Shown here: positions 1 to 13,338 of the stretch, one piece after another
Layout of the letters: each line of letters opens with the position of its first letter
Position numbering within the stretch: the stretch's first letter is position 1
Assembly: GCA_016748015.1 (NCBI GenBank)
Contig: JAAOMT010000512.1
Span: 530,719 to 594,718, forward strand
Direction of reading: 5' to 3'
DNA from: Geosiphon pyriformis uo1
Taxonomy: Eukaryota > Fungi > Glomeromycota
Length of the DNA stretch: 64,000 nucleotides
The notes under the pieces: generated by a model
What the model was told of the DNA's origin: nothing
What the model saw: the letters and a program-made list of their open reading frames with translations, nothing else
Database searches by the model: none
Position numbers and translations under genes: made by a program

Positions 1-1434
1 TTTTATGACTATAATCAGAGCAAAAAGTAAAAAAACTGCACCTAATATTTTTTTGAGATATCTAATAAAATTTCAACCAAAAGAGCTCTTTTTGTTGTGA
101 AAACAACTAAACAAAACGTTTTAAAAGCCTTTTTTTTACTTAATAATTGTGAAAAGCTGTCTTAATAATTATTGAAACAACTTTCTTATCTTTGGCTGGT
201 CTTTTACCAGTTAAAGTTTTTTCAAAAAGACACACTTGGATTAGTCCCAGTGTTGTCTCTATTTCTTCAAAGAGCCCAAAGATTTTTAATAACAAACCAG
301 TTAACAAGCTGGTCTTTCTATTCATAGCTTTTATATTAGGTGCTGTTAATATTTTTTCTCCAAAAAAAATGGTTAAAAAGACCAAAAGTTTAGAAAAGTA
401 AGAGCAGTTGCTTGTTTTTGCTATTATTACACCAAACCCCTTTGTGGTTCCATAAAATCTTAGGTAAGATCTCTATAGTATTATTCAGCATATTATCCAA
501 GATAGGCCAAGATTAACTGTTGACTGTGTTGTCAAATATGGCATCTTTCAGCAAATTATTGCTAGTTTTAAAAGCAAAACAACTATTTCTTATAGAGTCA
601 TCTGTTTTTAAGAACTGAGCTGATCAAATAAAAACTGAATCATCTTTTTCTCTGGTTTTTGGCATTGTCATTGGTGGTACTTGGGAAATTATTGCTAGTT
701 ATTAAAGATTTATTGGGTGGGTGGTCTCTACTTTGGTGCCTAATGCTACTTTTAAGATTAAATTGGCTTATGTTAAGGCTGTTTTTCAGTCTGTACATGG
801 TTTTTTGAGTGTAAAATCAATGTTAAAGAACAATATAAAGCTCTTTTATATAGAGTTTGCTTTTCAAATGTTTTTGAAAGCTGCATTTTTGGTTAAGCTT
901 ACAAGTTCTGTTTGCTTAGCCACTCTTAAAATTACTAAGTCTTTAGTGATTTCTGAATCTGGTCTCTTTTCTGCTGCTGTTGTGTTGTGTGATGTGTTTT
1001 TGAGTATGTTTACTGCTAACATTAAGACAGTTTTTGGCATATTTAATAATATCACTCATGTTATGCTGAAGTCTGTTGGCATTTGACAATATGTGATTAT
1101 TTATTTTGAAAAGTTAAACTCTGTTGTATCTGCTTTGAATTATTAATTAATTTTGGTAAGCAAAGATAGTGTTAAGATCTTCTCTTTGGTGAATCAAAAT
1201 GAAACTATTTTGTCTTATAATAGGTTTAAGACCAAGTTGGTTAATCTTCTTTCTGACTGTATTGCTTTTAAAATTAATGATATGGTTTTTCAGATTAGTA
1301 ATTGAACATGTTTTATTTCTTATTCTCCTGATTCTGGTTGTTATTTCCAATTTGTTCTGATTATATTTAGATCTTAGATTGACCTAGATGCTGCTATTGT
1401 AAAAACTAGTACACTAAAAAAGTGTCATATTTGG
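1..1434 (+). pseudogene. LINE ORF1-like gene (RRM-type region, up to just before the CCHC knuckle), 5' part; interrupted by LTR element at 1435
   Basis: ORF 721-1086 and its read-through (NIKTVFGIFNNITHV..GI*QYVIIYF..SKDSVKI..KLVNL..TCFI..KKCHIW) align by eye with the LINE ORF1s at 37.9-38.6 kb and 45.4-45.9 kb. The frame resumes at 10561. Confidence 0.75.
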
Positions 1435-2380
1435 TATTATACTTAGAAAAAAAAAAATAATACATAATCAAAAAAAAAAAGCACATAATTATAAATTAGC
1501 CAATTAGAATAAAAGAAAAGAAAAGAGGATTTTTTTCAGGAAATTTTGAATGTTTTAGGAAATCCAGAATTATTTAGGAAATCCAAGATATTTCAAAAAA
1601 GTTGAGAATTTTTCAAGAAATCCTGGATGTTTCAGGAAATCAAAAATTTTGCAGGAAATCTAGCAAAGAATTATGTATATATAGCAATAGTATTAAAAGC
1701 AAAAAAAAAACAGACCTTTTAGTTTGGACTTTTCTTCTTATCTATTTACTAATTACTTCAAAGATAGTTCATATCTACTAAAATAAAATAATTAAAAATA
1801 TTAATAAAATACTTGTTTATATCCAATTTATATTGCTATTATTTGATTAAGAAATATTCATCAAACTCTAACTATCAACACTTTATGTTGACAGTTGCTG
1901 ATACTTAATCATACTAAAACAATAGTTCTTAATCACAGTTATTGATGGAATGTTAACTTAATTGTTTTGGCTTAATTTCTTCATTTTTTTTTATTTTCTT
2001 TTTTTATTTTCTTTTTTTATTTTCTTTTTTTATTTTATTTTGTTTGTTTTATTATTTACTAATTGATTAAAGATTATGCATGGAATTATTGACATTAAAG
2101 AAACTGGTAAAAAACCTGTAAAACAAGAGTAGAACACTTACAGAATTGAGAATAACTTACCAGAAAGATTACTAGCCATCATGCTGAAAAAGAAATTTAA
2201 CAGAATTGCGATTCTGAAAGGCTACTGAAAACCACCATTAAATCTCTATCTATTATACAAAAAACTCAACCAAAACTTTCAAATACCAAAATCTTTAGAT
2301 TATAAATACTGTACCAGTTATTGAGCACCAAGTTATAGGTTTGTTATTTAATTCAAGACTTCAAATAATCATCTGTAATA
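1435..2380 (+). repeat. 5' LTR of element A
   Basis: Starts tattatacttag, ends atctgtaata (decayed TG..CA); homologous along its length to 9634-10560. Confidence 0.9.
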
Positions 2381-2382
2381 TT

Positions 2383-2399
2383 TGGTGCTTTCTGTGAGA
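2383..2399 (+). promoter_or_regulatory. Primer binding site (tRNA-Ile(UAU)-like)
   Basis: tggtgctttctgtgaga directly after the LTR; transition-decayed version of TGGTGCTCCCTGTGAGG at 30897. Confidence 0.7.
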
Positions 2400-2849
2400 T
2401 ATAATCTTACAGAGAACCAGCATCAACACACAACCAATTAAAAGTGACAGAATCAGAAAGAATAGGGACAAACCATTTAGGATTCATCAAATTCTTATTT
2501 CAACACTACTGTTAACATTTGGGTTTAACCAACAATTACCTATTAGTAAAATCAGTCTTTAATTTCTATGTCAATAAGAAAATTTCCTATTTTTTAGAAG
2601 CAACAGTAGATATTAAGTCAGCAAGAAAAATTTTTTACAACAAATTAATTTAAAACACCAGTCTATCAGTAAATTATAATTTTGCATCCATTATTACTAA
2701 AATCAATTAAGAAATTGAAAATTACGCTCAACAAAAATAACCAATCATCTATGCAAACAAGAACAAAGGAAAACTACAAATACCAACAGTAACACTTCAG
2801 AAAATACAACCACCTACTTGGAAAAACACAAAAGTTGTATTACCAACTA

Positions 2850-3221
2850 ATCTATTATCACTACTAATGCATCAGGTCAAGCATTAGGAGCAATACTATT
2901 TCAAAGAAGACCAGATGGAAGAGAACATCTAGTAGTATATGCTAGCAGAAGTTTGAGTCCAGCTGAAAAGAACTATGGAATTTTAGCACTAGAACATTTG
3001 GCTATTTATTGGGCTGTTATTAAATAGAAAGAATACTTGAGTCAAAAGTTTGATATGTACACTAATTACAAAGGATTGACTTTAATCCAGAAACAAAAAT
3101 TTGAAAACAATTACCATACAAGATAGAAAATAGAACTATTATTATTCAATTATATAGTGCATTATTAAAAGGGAAAAAAAATAGAAATGCTGATGATTTG
3201 TCATGAATGAAACAAATCTAA
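2850..3221 (+). pseudogene. Gypsy RNase H remnant
   Basis: TNASGQALGAILFQRRPDGREHLVVYASRSLSPAEKNY..LEHLAIYWAV..NADDLS; stop at 3219-3221. Confidence 0.85.
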
Positions 3222-3279
3222 AAACATTTCAAACCCAAAAATATAACAAAAAATAAACACACAAAAAATATTAACAACT

Positions 3280-4512
3280 CCAACAATATATTAATATCCA
3301 ATTGTTTAAGAAAAAATTATCTCAAAAAAAACAAAGCAACATAAAATAACAATCCAAATATTTTATTAACCACCAAAATATATTATATTAAAAAAACAGA
3401 AAAAATTCAGACCAACCACTCAAAGTAATCACAGAATCAAAGAAAAAAACAATACTATTTAATATGCACTCAGATCTAATAGCAGGACATTTTTATAAAA
3501 AAGCAATCATGGAAAAAACCAAAAAAATATACTATTAATTATTTATGTATTCAGATATTATCCAATATGTTCAAAGTTGTAATGCTTGTCAGAGAAGAAA
3601 AGAAACAAAACCCAAAGAGTCATTAAGACCAATTAAAGTAGAACAACTATTTAATCACATTGGAATTGACTTAGTCAGACCATTAACAATTACCAGCAAA
3701 GGAAACAGATATATTGCAGTAGCTATGGACTATCTCACAAAATGGCCAGAAACAAAAGCAATTCAAAGAGCAGATGCAGAATTCATAGCCAAATTTGTTC
3801 ATCAAAACTTAATATGTTAACATGGATGTCTAAAAGAATTGTTATCAGACCAAAAAACGTATTTTGTGAACAAAACATTGGCAGAATTAAGTCAAAGATT
3901 TGAAATTAAATGACTATTATTATCATTATATTATTCACAAATCAATAGCTTAGTTAAAAGATTCAATAGAACACTGTGTGAGACAATTGTTAAAATCAGT
4001 CAAAAAAACCAAAATAAATAAGTTTTATTTATACTATCAGTATTATTTGCTTATTGGACAATGAAGCAAAATACTACACAAACAACACTATTTGAATTAG
4101 TATATAGTAGAATAGCAACACTACAAGTCAATATAGAAGTCAAGACATATTTAATTAAACCAATAACAGAAGACAATTTCCAAGAAACATTGTTGAGAAG
4201 AACATATAACTTAATGAAAATACTAGAAAACCAACAGTGAAAAGCAGTTGATAACATACAAAAGTCACAAGAAAAAAAAAAAAAAAAACATAATAACCAA
4301 TTACCAGATAAACCAGTTAAATTCACAATTGAAGACAAAATACTTCTACATCATACCAAAGTAAAAAAACAATGGAGTGGAAAATTTTAATCCCAAATAG
4401 GATGGACTATTTTACATAGAAAAAATTCTAAGAAGTAGAGCTTATAAATTAAGATAAAACAACAAAATCTTAACCAAAACAGCACAGGTGATTGACTAAA
4501 ATTTTATTATTA
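3280..4512 (+). pseudogene. Gypsy integrase remnant
   Basis: MHSD..AGHF..SCNACQRR (HHCC), HIGIDLVRPL..GNRYIAVAMDYLTKWPE, LLSDQ, GPY-like C-terminus; many stops. Confidence 0.9.
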
Positions 4513-4899
4513 TACAGTAAACTCTCTTTATAGTTTCTCTGATTATAGTCACTATCTTTTTATAATCACATTTTTTTAAAAACCAAAACCATTTATATAT
4601 AATATTGTCTCCTTATAGTTACTTTTATTATATATATCTCCTTATAATCTCTATCCCACAAATATAATAGCAGAATATAAGTAATTTTCACTCTTTATAG
4701 TCATACTATAATTATATAATATTAGATATAAACATTAAATGTCATCTTATATTTAATTAGATATATACAGTTAAGAATATTTTCCAATTTGTCAATAAAA
4801 ATCATTCTTTTTATGGTAGTAAAAAAAATTAGAGAAGTTTCTGGAAACAATTGTAGAACACTAAACAAAATTTTTGAAATATTACAACATTCAATTACT

Positions 4900-5654
4900 C
4901 TTCTTCTTTATAAGCCACCACCACCATTAAAAAACAATGACAGAACTATTATATCTGGCTTGTTGTTTGTGAGTATTATGAGAGTTTTAATAATAGTTAA
5001 CATATGGTACAGTATTGCTGCTCTTAGTGCTTTGAAGATTGGTGGTGCTTCAGAAACTGGTAGTGCTTTGGAGACTGTTACTGTGGGTATTAATAAAGTT
5101 ACTCTGAATCAAACTTTGGCTAACAAGATTACTTTTTCTCCATATTGAGAGAAAAAATTAACAGACCTACAAGCAAGAATAATGGCCCAATGGAATTCTC
5201 TGGGAACAAGTTTGTTAATAGGACATTGTTTGAGCAAATCAACTGGGAATAGAATTCGAATTTATCTTTCCTTAGAAAGAGAAATGTGACCAGTAATAAA
5301 ACTCAGAGCATAAGGATTCCAATATATATCCAATAAATACATTTTTACATCAACTTTGGCATCTGTGATTAAAAAAAGACTTTATATTAGCAATCATATT
5401 CATCATTTGACCAATATTTAGTATTAGTAAATGAAAATTTGATTGATAGTTTTAAAGATGTATTAAAAATCAACTTTTTTGGGGCAAATAAATCCATGTT
5501 GAATGCTTTTTATAATCCAAACATAATCACACAGAATGGAGATTCAGACCTAGACTCAACATATCATGTTTTAAAAATGCCAATTATAATGGTAATGTAC
5601 TCAACCCAATATAAACAAAACTATACACAATATAATATATTTCTAACTTTTTGA
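4900..5654 (+). pseudogene. Decayed Cys/Trp-rich ORF of unknown function (pogo cargo 1)
   Basis: One frame interrupted only by stop codons: ..YIWLVVCEYY..QYCCS*CFEDWWCFRNW*CFGDCYCGY.. continuing into ORF 5439-5654. Confidence 0.45.
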
Positions 5655-5659
5655 AGGAT

Positions 5660-6840
5660 ATTTATTAAGCTGTTACATGATTAACTTGATAAGTTTTGAA
5701 AACATAATCACTTAAAAGAGGTATTAGAAAGTTAATAATAGATAATAGTTGTGATTTTATTAATAAATTTACATTTTTTGATGATCTGCTTCTTCACTTG
5801 TTACTGAAATTGGTTTCTAAATATTTAACAATGTTTTTTTAATTCATCTTGCTTTAAGAAAGTCTATTCTTTTCATTTGTGCAATTTTACTGAATTTTTT
5901 ATTTCTTTACTTAATATCTATTCATGGCCAATATCATGAAAAACACAATTAGAGACATTTGAATTTACAAACTGTGTCTTTCTTATCTGAACTCAAAATC
6001 GATTTGATTCAGCAATAAAGCTAGAATGTGTACAAGACCTGTATATTTCACTTTTAGAATATCCGATAACATTAAAAAGGTTAGTATGCAATCTCTCAAA
6101 TTTGATATAGTTATGCATTACAATTTTCCAATACTATTGTAAAGATATAGAAGGAATTAATAATTTGAGTGTTTTGTTAATTTTTTCAAGTATTGCATTA
6201 TGGCTTTAATGTTGATTTGAAAGTTTAAATTGAGAAATTACAATTTTTTCTTGAATCAGCTTGCAAACTTCAAGCTTTAATCATCATTGTTCTTTATCAG
6301 CAATTTCAATTAATTGGTAAATAGAATGGCACTGAGTAGACCAAATTGGTGCAAACATTCATCTAACTGCGAGTTTTAATGAAGACCTATTGAAACAAAC
6401 TCCAGTGCAAAAGTTAATAATTGCTTGTAAATAAAAAAAACTTGTTCATACTTTAACTTGAATGTGAGATCTGTTTCATTTTGGGCCCATTCTAAGTAAT
6501 CTTTAATAAATAGATTTTCCTTAGAAACAACATATGGCCACATTAATTTGGAAGCCATTGTATGTTTATATATATTACATATCAAATCTCACAACTTATG
6601 ATGATCAGGACATTTTTTAAAAAACTGCAGTTGACTTTCACTTCAATATTCTTAACATTGTGCAAAGTATTTTATATTGATATTCCAATTGATATAGATG
6701 TTGCTGTGTTTGGAGGGCTTGACAACATGACATTGTGTTATCTTCTACACAATTATGCAAGTATGTAAAGGATTAAATTGACAGTCTTTATTATTGATCA
6801 TCAGTTGAAGGTAAGAGGCAAAAAGTGTCACAGATACATT
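5660..6840 (-). pseudogene. Decayed ORF of unknown function, possibly transposase-like (pogo cargo 2)
   Basis: Minus-strand read-through: SESQLQFFKKCPDHHKL*DLICNIYKHTMASKLMWPYV..FAPIWS..IYQLIEI..NQH*SHNAILEKINKTLK..NRF*VQIRK, with stops and frameshifts. Confidence 0.55.
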
Positions 6841-7086
6841 ATCAAAATTAGGTTTCTTTTTACCAAGAATTTGTCTTTTGCACTTAGAATCCTATAATTG
6901 GATTAAAACCTTTATTTTTATAATTTGGCCATTTTTTATAATTTGAAACACCTTATATGACATAAAACATCTCACATGTCCAATTAGATATAAGGCAAAA
7001 TAACATTTGAGACATAACAGATATATCAATATATTATAAAAGCAAAATGCAATAAAAAGTGTGTTTTTATTAACATGCCAAAAAAC

Positions 7087-8634
7087 ATGAACCAAAAGCG
7101 AGCAGCAATCTTCTTAAAGACTAAAAAAGTTTTCTGCCAGTACAAATTAGAGCATCTTGACTACTCAGCAAATAAACTTATCAAAATATTTAATCTAAAG
7201 ATTGACCACTCTATTGTAATAAAGATACTTGCAAAATTAGACTGATGGATTGAAAAGAATGTATCTAGCAACTCTGGTCAATTGACAAAGAACAGGAAAG
7301 AAATGTTTCTAAAGATAAATAATGCACTGGAAGAATAGATGCTTGGAGCACTAGCTACCAACTGCATTCTTACAGAAAAAATTTTATAAACGAAAGCCCT
7401 CAAGTTTGCTGAAAAGTTTCTGGAAGAAAATAACTTTAAAGCATCAGATAGTTGGTTAGAAAAGTTCAAGAAATGTCATAATTTGCACCACATTAAGATG
7501 CATAGTGAAGCAAACAGTGCTCCCTTGGAAATTTTACCAAAAGAACAAGAAAAACTGTGTAAGATTATCAGTAAATATAATCTAAATGATGTTTACAATG
7601 CCAATGAAACAGCATTATTCTTTAGAATGCCACTAAATGCAACTTTGGCAACAAGATCTATCTCTGGCACCAAGCATAATAAGAGTTAAATTACCATACT
7701 TCTTGCTTGTAATGCAACAGGCAGCATCAAGTTGCAGCCTTTAATTATTGACAAAGCTACAAAGCCACAATGTTTTCACAATATTAATATGAATGCATTT
7801 CCAATTACTTATCATTATAATACAAAAGCATAGATGCGAACCAATATTTTTAGTGAATAGCTTAATTTATTAAATAAAGAAATATGTTACAAGAAAAAAA
7901 AAAATTTGTTATTGCTTGATAATGCTGGTCCCCATGGTAGAAAACCTTCTGTATTATCTAATATTATAATTAAATAATTACCATCCAATACAACATCCCA
8001 TTTGCAACCATTAAATGCAAGAATTATTGCATCCTTTAAGGCACAATACTGAAAGTTGTTTCTTTTTTATCTTATTAATCAGTATGATAGCAAGATTTCA
8101 ATATTAACAGTAATATTAAAGGATGTAGTTGACTTTCTAATTGATGTGTGGTCAGCAGTAACAACAACTACAATCCAAAACTGTTGGCATTATACAAGAA
8201 TTCTGAATAATAGTCAAATGCCAGCTCATCTATTAAATATTGAAGAAGAACTCCTACAAGAAGTACAAGTTCTTATTGAATATGTTGATATTGACAAGTT
8301 ATTGGCAATAGATTTCATTAATATTAACAAATTTGAACCATTATTTACTTATGCCTTAGAGAATAAAATTGTGGATCTTATTAACAACAAGTATAGTGGA
8401 AATTCTAATGCAAATGAAGATTTAGAAAATGAAAATAAAGATAAATCTTTGCCTTTGCTATCTACACATCAAGATAAAACTGCACTTGAAGATACATTGC
8501 ACTATTGTGAAGAGCAGTATAATGAAAAAGTTGATTCAGACTTTTTTAAAACTTTGAGAACATTAATTCGTAATACTGTTCTCAAAGTTCAAGAAGAAAA
8601 AAAACAGTTGCAAATAGATAGCTTTTTTAAATAA
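7087..8634 (+). pseudogene. pogo/Tigger transposase (CENP-B HTH + DDE_1), inactivated
   Basis: FKASDSWLEKFKK, VYNANETALFF (D>N), ITILLACNATG, LLLLDNAGPH, LQPLNARIIASFK, W..VTTTTIQNCW, KQLQIDSFFK end; several stops. Confidence 0.92.
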
Positions 8635-8939
8635 AATATATATAATTGGTTATTATATTATGCATGTAATATATAGATCATGTGATAAGATATTAATCAT
8701 TTTTTATAGTCCCATCTTTTTATAATCACCACAAATGTGCTGACCAAAAGATGTGATTATAAAGAAAGTTCACTGTACATCATTATCCACCAATAGTATT
8801 CCACAACTGGAAATACAAAGAACACTAGTAAGACCAGATAAGATTCCATAAGATTTGAAACCAATCATACACATTAAAACAAAACATGTTAATCTGATTT
8901 ACCAAAACAATATATAAAAAACCAAAGCATGTAACAATG

Positions 8940-9620
8940 ACAACAGAAAAATGAAAATTTCAAATCATATTTACCAACTGATACAACAATTATTTCAGAT
9001 CATAAATCAACAACAAACAAACATAAAAATAACAATTAATTATCAAACCATCTGCTATAAAAAAAACACTAAAAGAAAAAAAAAACCACTAAAAGAAAAA
9101 AAAAAAACTATATTATATCAATGAATACACAAAAAAATTAATAATAATATTAACAAAATTGTTGAGAAAGTAAAAGACACTCTCAAAAAACCAACTGTTA
9201 TGGTTTAACCAAAAGAGGTAACAACAGAAAATTGGAATCAATAGATAAAACAATTTCCAGTTTTATATTGCTATTGGCATCTAAGACAAAAATTAATGAT
9301 TCAGAATTTGTATATGGATCAAACCAGAAAAGTCTTTGATCAAAAGATTATACAAAACATAAAAAACTTTATTGAAAAGAAATCTAATTTGGATATATAC
9401 ATCAAAACTATCTACCAAATATACACTATCTTTCAAGACTATCTAGAGATACTATTACAACTAGAAATCAGTAGCTTATCCATTAATTAATGGGAAAAAA
9501 TGACCAACAGTCAATTTAAGGAACTTCATAAAAAAATAGATAAAATAATCTTAGAAAAAGAAATTATAAAATTATTACAAAAAAGAATATTAAGAAATTT
9601 TGATGAAACTCAATATTAAA
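8940..9620 (+). pseudogene. Extra 3' ORF of Gypsy element A (between integrase and PPT)
   Basis: ORF 9296-9490 and flanks occupy the same position as ORF 36589-37245 in element B. Confidence 0.45.
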
Positions 9621-9633
9621 AAGGAGAAAATAA

Positions 9634-10560
9634 TATTACACTTAGAAAAAAAAATAATAATACATAATCAAAAAAGAGAAAAACACATAATTATAAATTA
9701 GCCAATTAGAATAGAAGAAAAAAAAGAGAATTTTTTCAAAAAATCTTAGATGTTTTAGAAAATCCAGAATTATTTAAGAAATTCAAGATATTTCAGAAAA
9801 GTTGAGGATTTTTCAGAAAATTCTGGATGTTTTAGGAAATCAAAAATTTTACAGAAAATTTAGCAAAAAAAAAAATTTCTCATATAAAGAGAATTATGTA
9901 TATATAGCAGTAGTATTAGAAGCAGAAAAAAACAGACTTCTTAGTTTGAACTTTTTTTTCTATCTATTCATTAATCATTTCAAAAATAGTTCATATTTAC
10001 TGAAGTGAAATAATCAAAAATATCAATAAAATACTTATCTATATTCAATTCATGTTGCTATTATTTGATTGAGAAATATTTATCAAATTCCAATTATCAA
10101 CATTTTATGTTGATAACTGCTAATACTTAACTATGCTGAAACAATAACTCTTGATCACAACTATTGATGGAATACTAACTTAATTGTCTTGGCTTAATTT
10201 CTTTATTTTTTTTTATTTTCTTTATTTTTTTTCTTTTGTTTGTTTTATTATTTACTAATTGATTAAAGATTATGCATGGAATTATTGACATCAAAGAAAC
10301 TGGTAAAAGATCTGTAAAACAAGAGTAAAACACTTACAAAATTAAGAATAACTTACCAAGAAGATTACTGGTCACTACACTAAAAAAAAAATTTGACAGA
10401 ATTGCGATTTTGGAAGGCTACTAAAAATTACTATTGAATCTTTGTTCATTATACAAAGAATTCAGCCAAAACCTTCAAATTATAAACACTGCACTAGTTA
10501 TTAAACACCAAGTTATGGGTTTGTTATTTGATTTAAAACCCTAAATAATCACCTATAATA
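9634..10560 (+). repeat. 3' LTR of element A
   Basis: Starts tattacacttag after the PPT, ends acctataata; matches 1435-2380. Confidence 0.9.
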
Positions 10561-11393
10561 CTGGTGAGAAACACCTGGTTGTTGGCACTGTTTTAGGTGT
10601 TAAGAAATAAGCCATTTGGTTATGAATTGTGAAATGTCTCTGTTTTTTTTTCTTAAGACTTCCAAGATGTTTGTTTTATGCTTTGCAAATACAAAGTTTT
10701 ATACTAAGATATCTCCCTTTTTGGGCTTTTCTAAATTTTTTTCATTGGTAAATTCTACTTTTTTTTTTGGAGTTGATGATAATTCTTTGATTTTGTTTTG
10801 ACTTGTGTCTTTGGAATTTGACTTGGTCAAGTTGTTAATATTAGTTGAATTTATTGTTAAATCTGTTGGTAAATTGGTAACTGCTTTTGAACAATTTATT
10901 AAGAGTAATTTTGTGTCTAATAGCAAGCTTAAAAACAAGATTAATAAGCTTATAGTACATTTAAATGCTTTTAGCAAATTTGTTGATAAGTTAGAAAAAA
11001 AGGTAGTAATATTAAAAACTGAATGTAGTATGGATGATATTGATTTATCTGGTGATTCTGGTGTTTTAGTTGGAGTAAGTAATAAGATGTTTGGTGAGTT
11101 AATGGCACTTTAGAAATTTGAATTTCTTAAAATTAGGTTTAGTCTCATAAAAACAGCTAAGTGGCTTGTTGAGTTGGTTTCTAATAGTTTTATTTTATTT
11201 GATGTAATTCAAAAAATGTTTACCTTGAACAAATTTTCTTGTAAGTTGTTAATATAATATAGTCTGAACTGGCTCAAATAGCTGGTTACATATAGAAAGC
11301 ACATGAACTTTACTTAGTTTAGAACACTTTTTGTTCTAAAATACTAGGTAATAGTTGGACCATACTCATTAAAACTTTAATAAAAAAAATAAA
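10561..11393 (+). mobile_element. 3' part of ORF1-only LINE derivative: CCHC knuckle, coiled-coil C-terminus, conserved 3' tail and poly(A)
   Basis: *ETPGCWHCFRC*EISHLVMNC continues the ORF broken at 1434; the ORF ends about 11257 and is followed directly by the LINE 3' tail (11266-11380) and an A-run, with no EN or RT. Confidence 0.75.
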
Positions 11394-12915
11394 TTTTCAA
11401 AGTAAAACTCATTATTTGTAAATCAAAAGAGATTATTATTACCAATTTATATTTATTGGTCAAAAATCACAAACACATTCAAATTCTAATCTACAACATA
11501 ATAAAAGACCCTATAAAAATACTAATTGGAATTATTATTAGACATTTAAATATTAAAGTTAAAAATTTATCATCTATTATTATTCTAAACTTTTCACAAT
11601 TGTATAGATATGTAAATCTTATATCTCAAATAATTCAAGAACAAAAAAATGTTATTTGCTATAACCAAAACAGTTAAAGCAAATAAATTTGGAAAATTTA
11701 GACTTACTTTAACACATGTAAATTAAACTACTGCTTAACAATTTTACTGATATATTTGCAAATAAAAATAAATTTAGCAGAACTAATATTATTTAACATT
11801 AAATTAAGATTAAAAATGCAATATTAATTAAGCAAAGAGCATATTAAATACTATTTGCTAGCCATAAAATTATTCATCAAGAAATCAACTGTATATTAAA
11901 CAACAAGTTAATTTAATCATTAATAAATTTATGGTTATTATTAGTTATATTAATTTAGAAAAAAATAAAAAAATTTGATTTTGTGTAAACTATAGAAAAC
12001 TCAACAGTATTACTTATAAAAACAGTTATTCAACTCTATTTATTCAGGAATTTTTTGATGTTTTTGGAAAAAAAAAAAAAAATTTTCATATTGAACTTAA
12101 ATAGTGATTATTAATAAATAATCATAAATTCAGCCAATAAAAAAAAACAGCATTTATTATATAAGAAAAAAACTTTGAAATTAATGTTATGCTTTTTGGC
12201 TTAATCAATGCTCCAGCCAATAAAAATTGTTTATTCTAAATTGCTATAAAAATCAGTAATATTTTATTTAGATAATACCAATATATTCTTTAAAATATTT
12301 AATAATTATTTCTATCATTTCCAACAAGTATTTAAAAGATTGAAAAGAGCAGAATTAAAATTGAATGCTACCAAGTGCTTTTTAAAAAAACAGAACTCAA
12401 GTTTTTAAAACATATTATTAGCAAAAATAGCATTAAAACAAATTCAAATAAAATTAAAATAGTTAAAAACTTTTTAGTATTCACTAATCTTACTAAACTT
12501 CAATTATTTTTGGAATTTGTCAAGTACTATTGACATTTTATTCACAATTTCTCTAAGTTGGCTTAATTATTTCACCAATTATAAGCAAAAAACACCAAGT
12601 ATAAATAGATAAAAAAACAACAAGAAGCTTTTAATACACTAAAAAAAAGCTTATTTAAGCTTTAGTGTTGATTTATCCAGATCACAACAAACTATTTATT
12701 ATTACTACCAATGTATTTGGCCAAGTATTTAAGAACTGTACTATTACAAAGAAGACCAAATAGATGAAAACATTCAGTAACATATGTCAGCCAAAGTTTG
12801 AGTTCAACAAAAAAAAACTATAGAACTCCAGTATTAGAACAATTGACTATTTATTGGGCTGTTATCAAATAGAAAGAATACTTAAGTCAGAAATTTAATG
12901 TATACACTGACAACA
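11394..12915 (+). pseudogene. Decayed Gypsy pol fragment (RT + RNase H)
   Basis: FCVNYRKLNS, VMLFGLINAPA, FYLDNTNI (YxDD-derived), FIITTNVF, YVSQSLSSTKKNY, FNVYTD. Confidence 0.85.
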
Positions 12916-13338
12916 ATTTTTTTTCCATATATATGTTTAATATTGTATTTTAAAAAGATTAAAAAGTTGTATTATATATATAATAATGCATATTTATATT
13001 AAATAAGTAATTTAAATAATTTGTAAAATTAAAATCAATTTCTGAAATTATCATTTTCCTCTTTAAAGCCACAGAAGTTACAATGTGAATACTTCACATT
13101 GTAAGTTTGTATTCAATATATCTCTAATAAATTCAGTAAAAATCTGAAAAATCCGCCCAAGAACTCATCCCAAGTTCCGAACAAGAGAGATTAATTAAAA
13201 GTTTGAACCTATCTTTTTATATTAAATTCGCAGTAATTATTATTAAAGCTATATTGTAGAAATCTAACTAAATCGTCAGCCTTTTCCTTTCACGTTTTAA
13301 TGTGTTTTGAAAGCCCCTTCTATAGTTTAACGTCACTT

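Larger units (their letters stand above)
4515..8775 (+). mobile_element. pogo/Tigger-type (Tc1/mariner superfamily) DNA transposon with cargo
   Basis: TIRs cagtaaactctctttatagt (4515) and attataaagaaagttcactg (ends 8775); TA TSD at 4513-14 and 8776-77; subterminal TTATAGTCAC-like repeats; DDE_1 transposase inside. Confidence 0.9.
1435..10560 (+). mobile_element. Ty3/Gypsy LTR retrotransposon A, internally deleted (most gag, PR and RT missing), containing a pogo insertion
   Basis: Paired LTRs 1435-2380 and 9634-10560; PBS after the 5' LTR; purine tract aaaaaggagaaaa at 9618-9630; 4-bp TSD ttgg/ctgg; RNase H and integrase remnants inside. Confidence 0.9.

Noticed and set aside
11400-11600. dUTPase-like segment upstream of RT
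   Set aside because: Too short and decayed; no dUTPase motif is recognisable.
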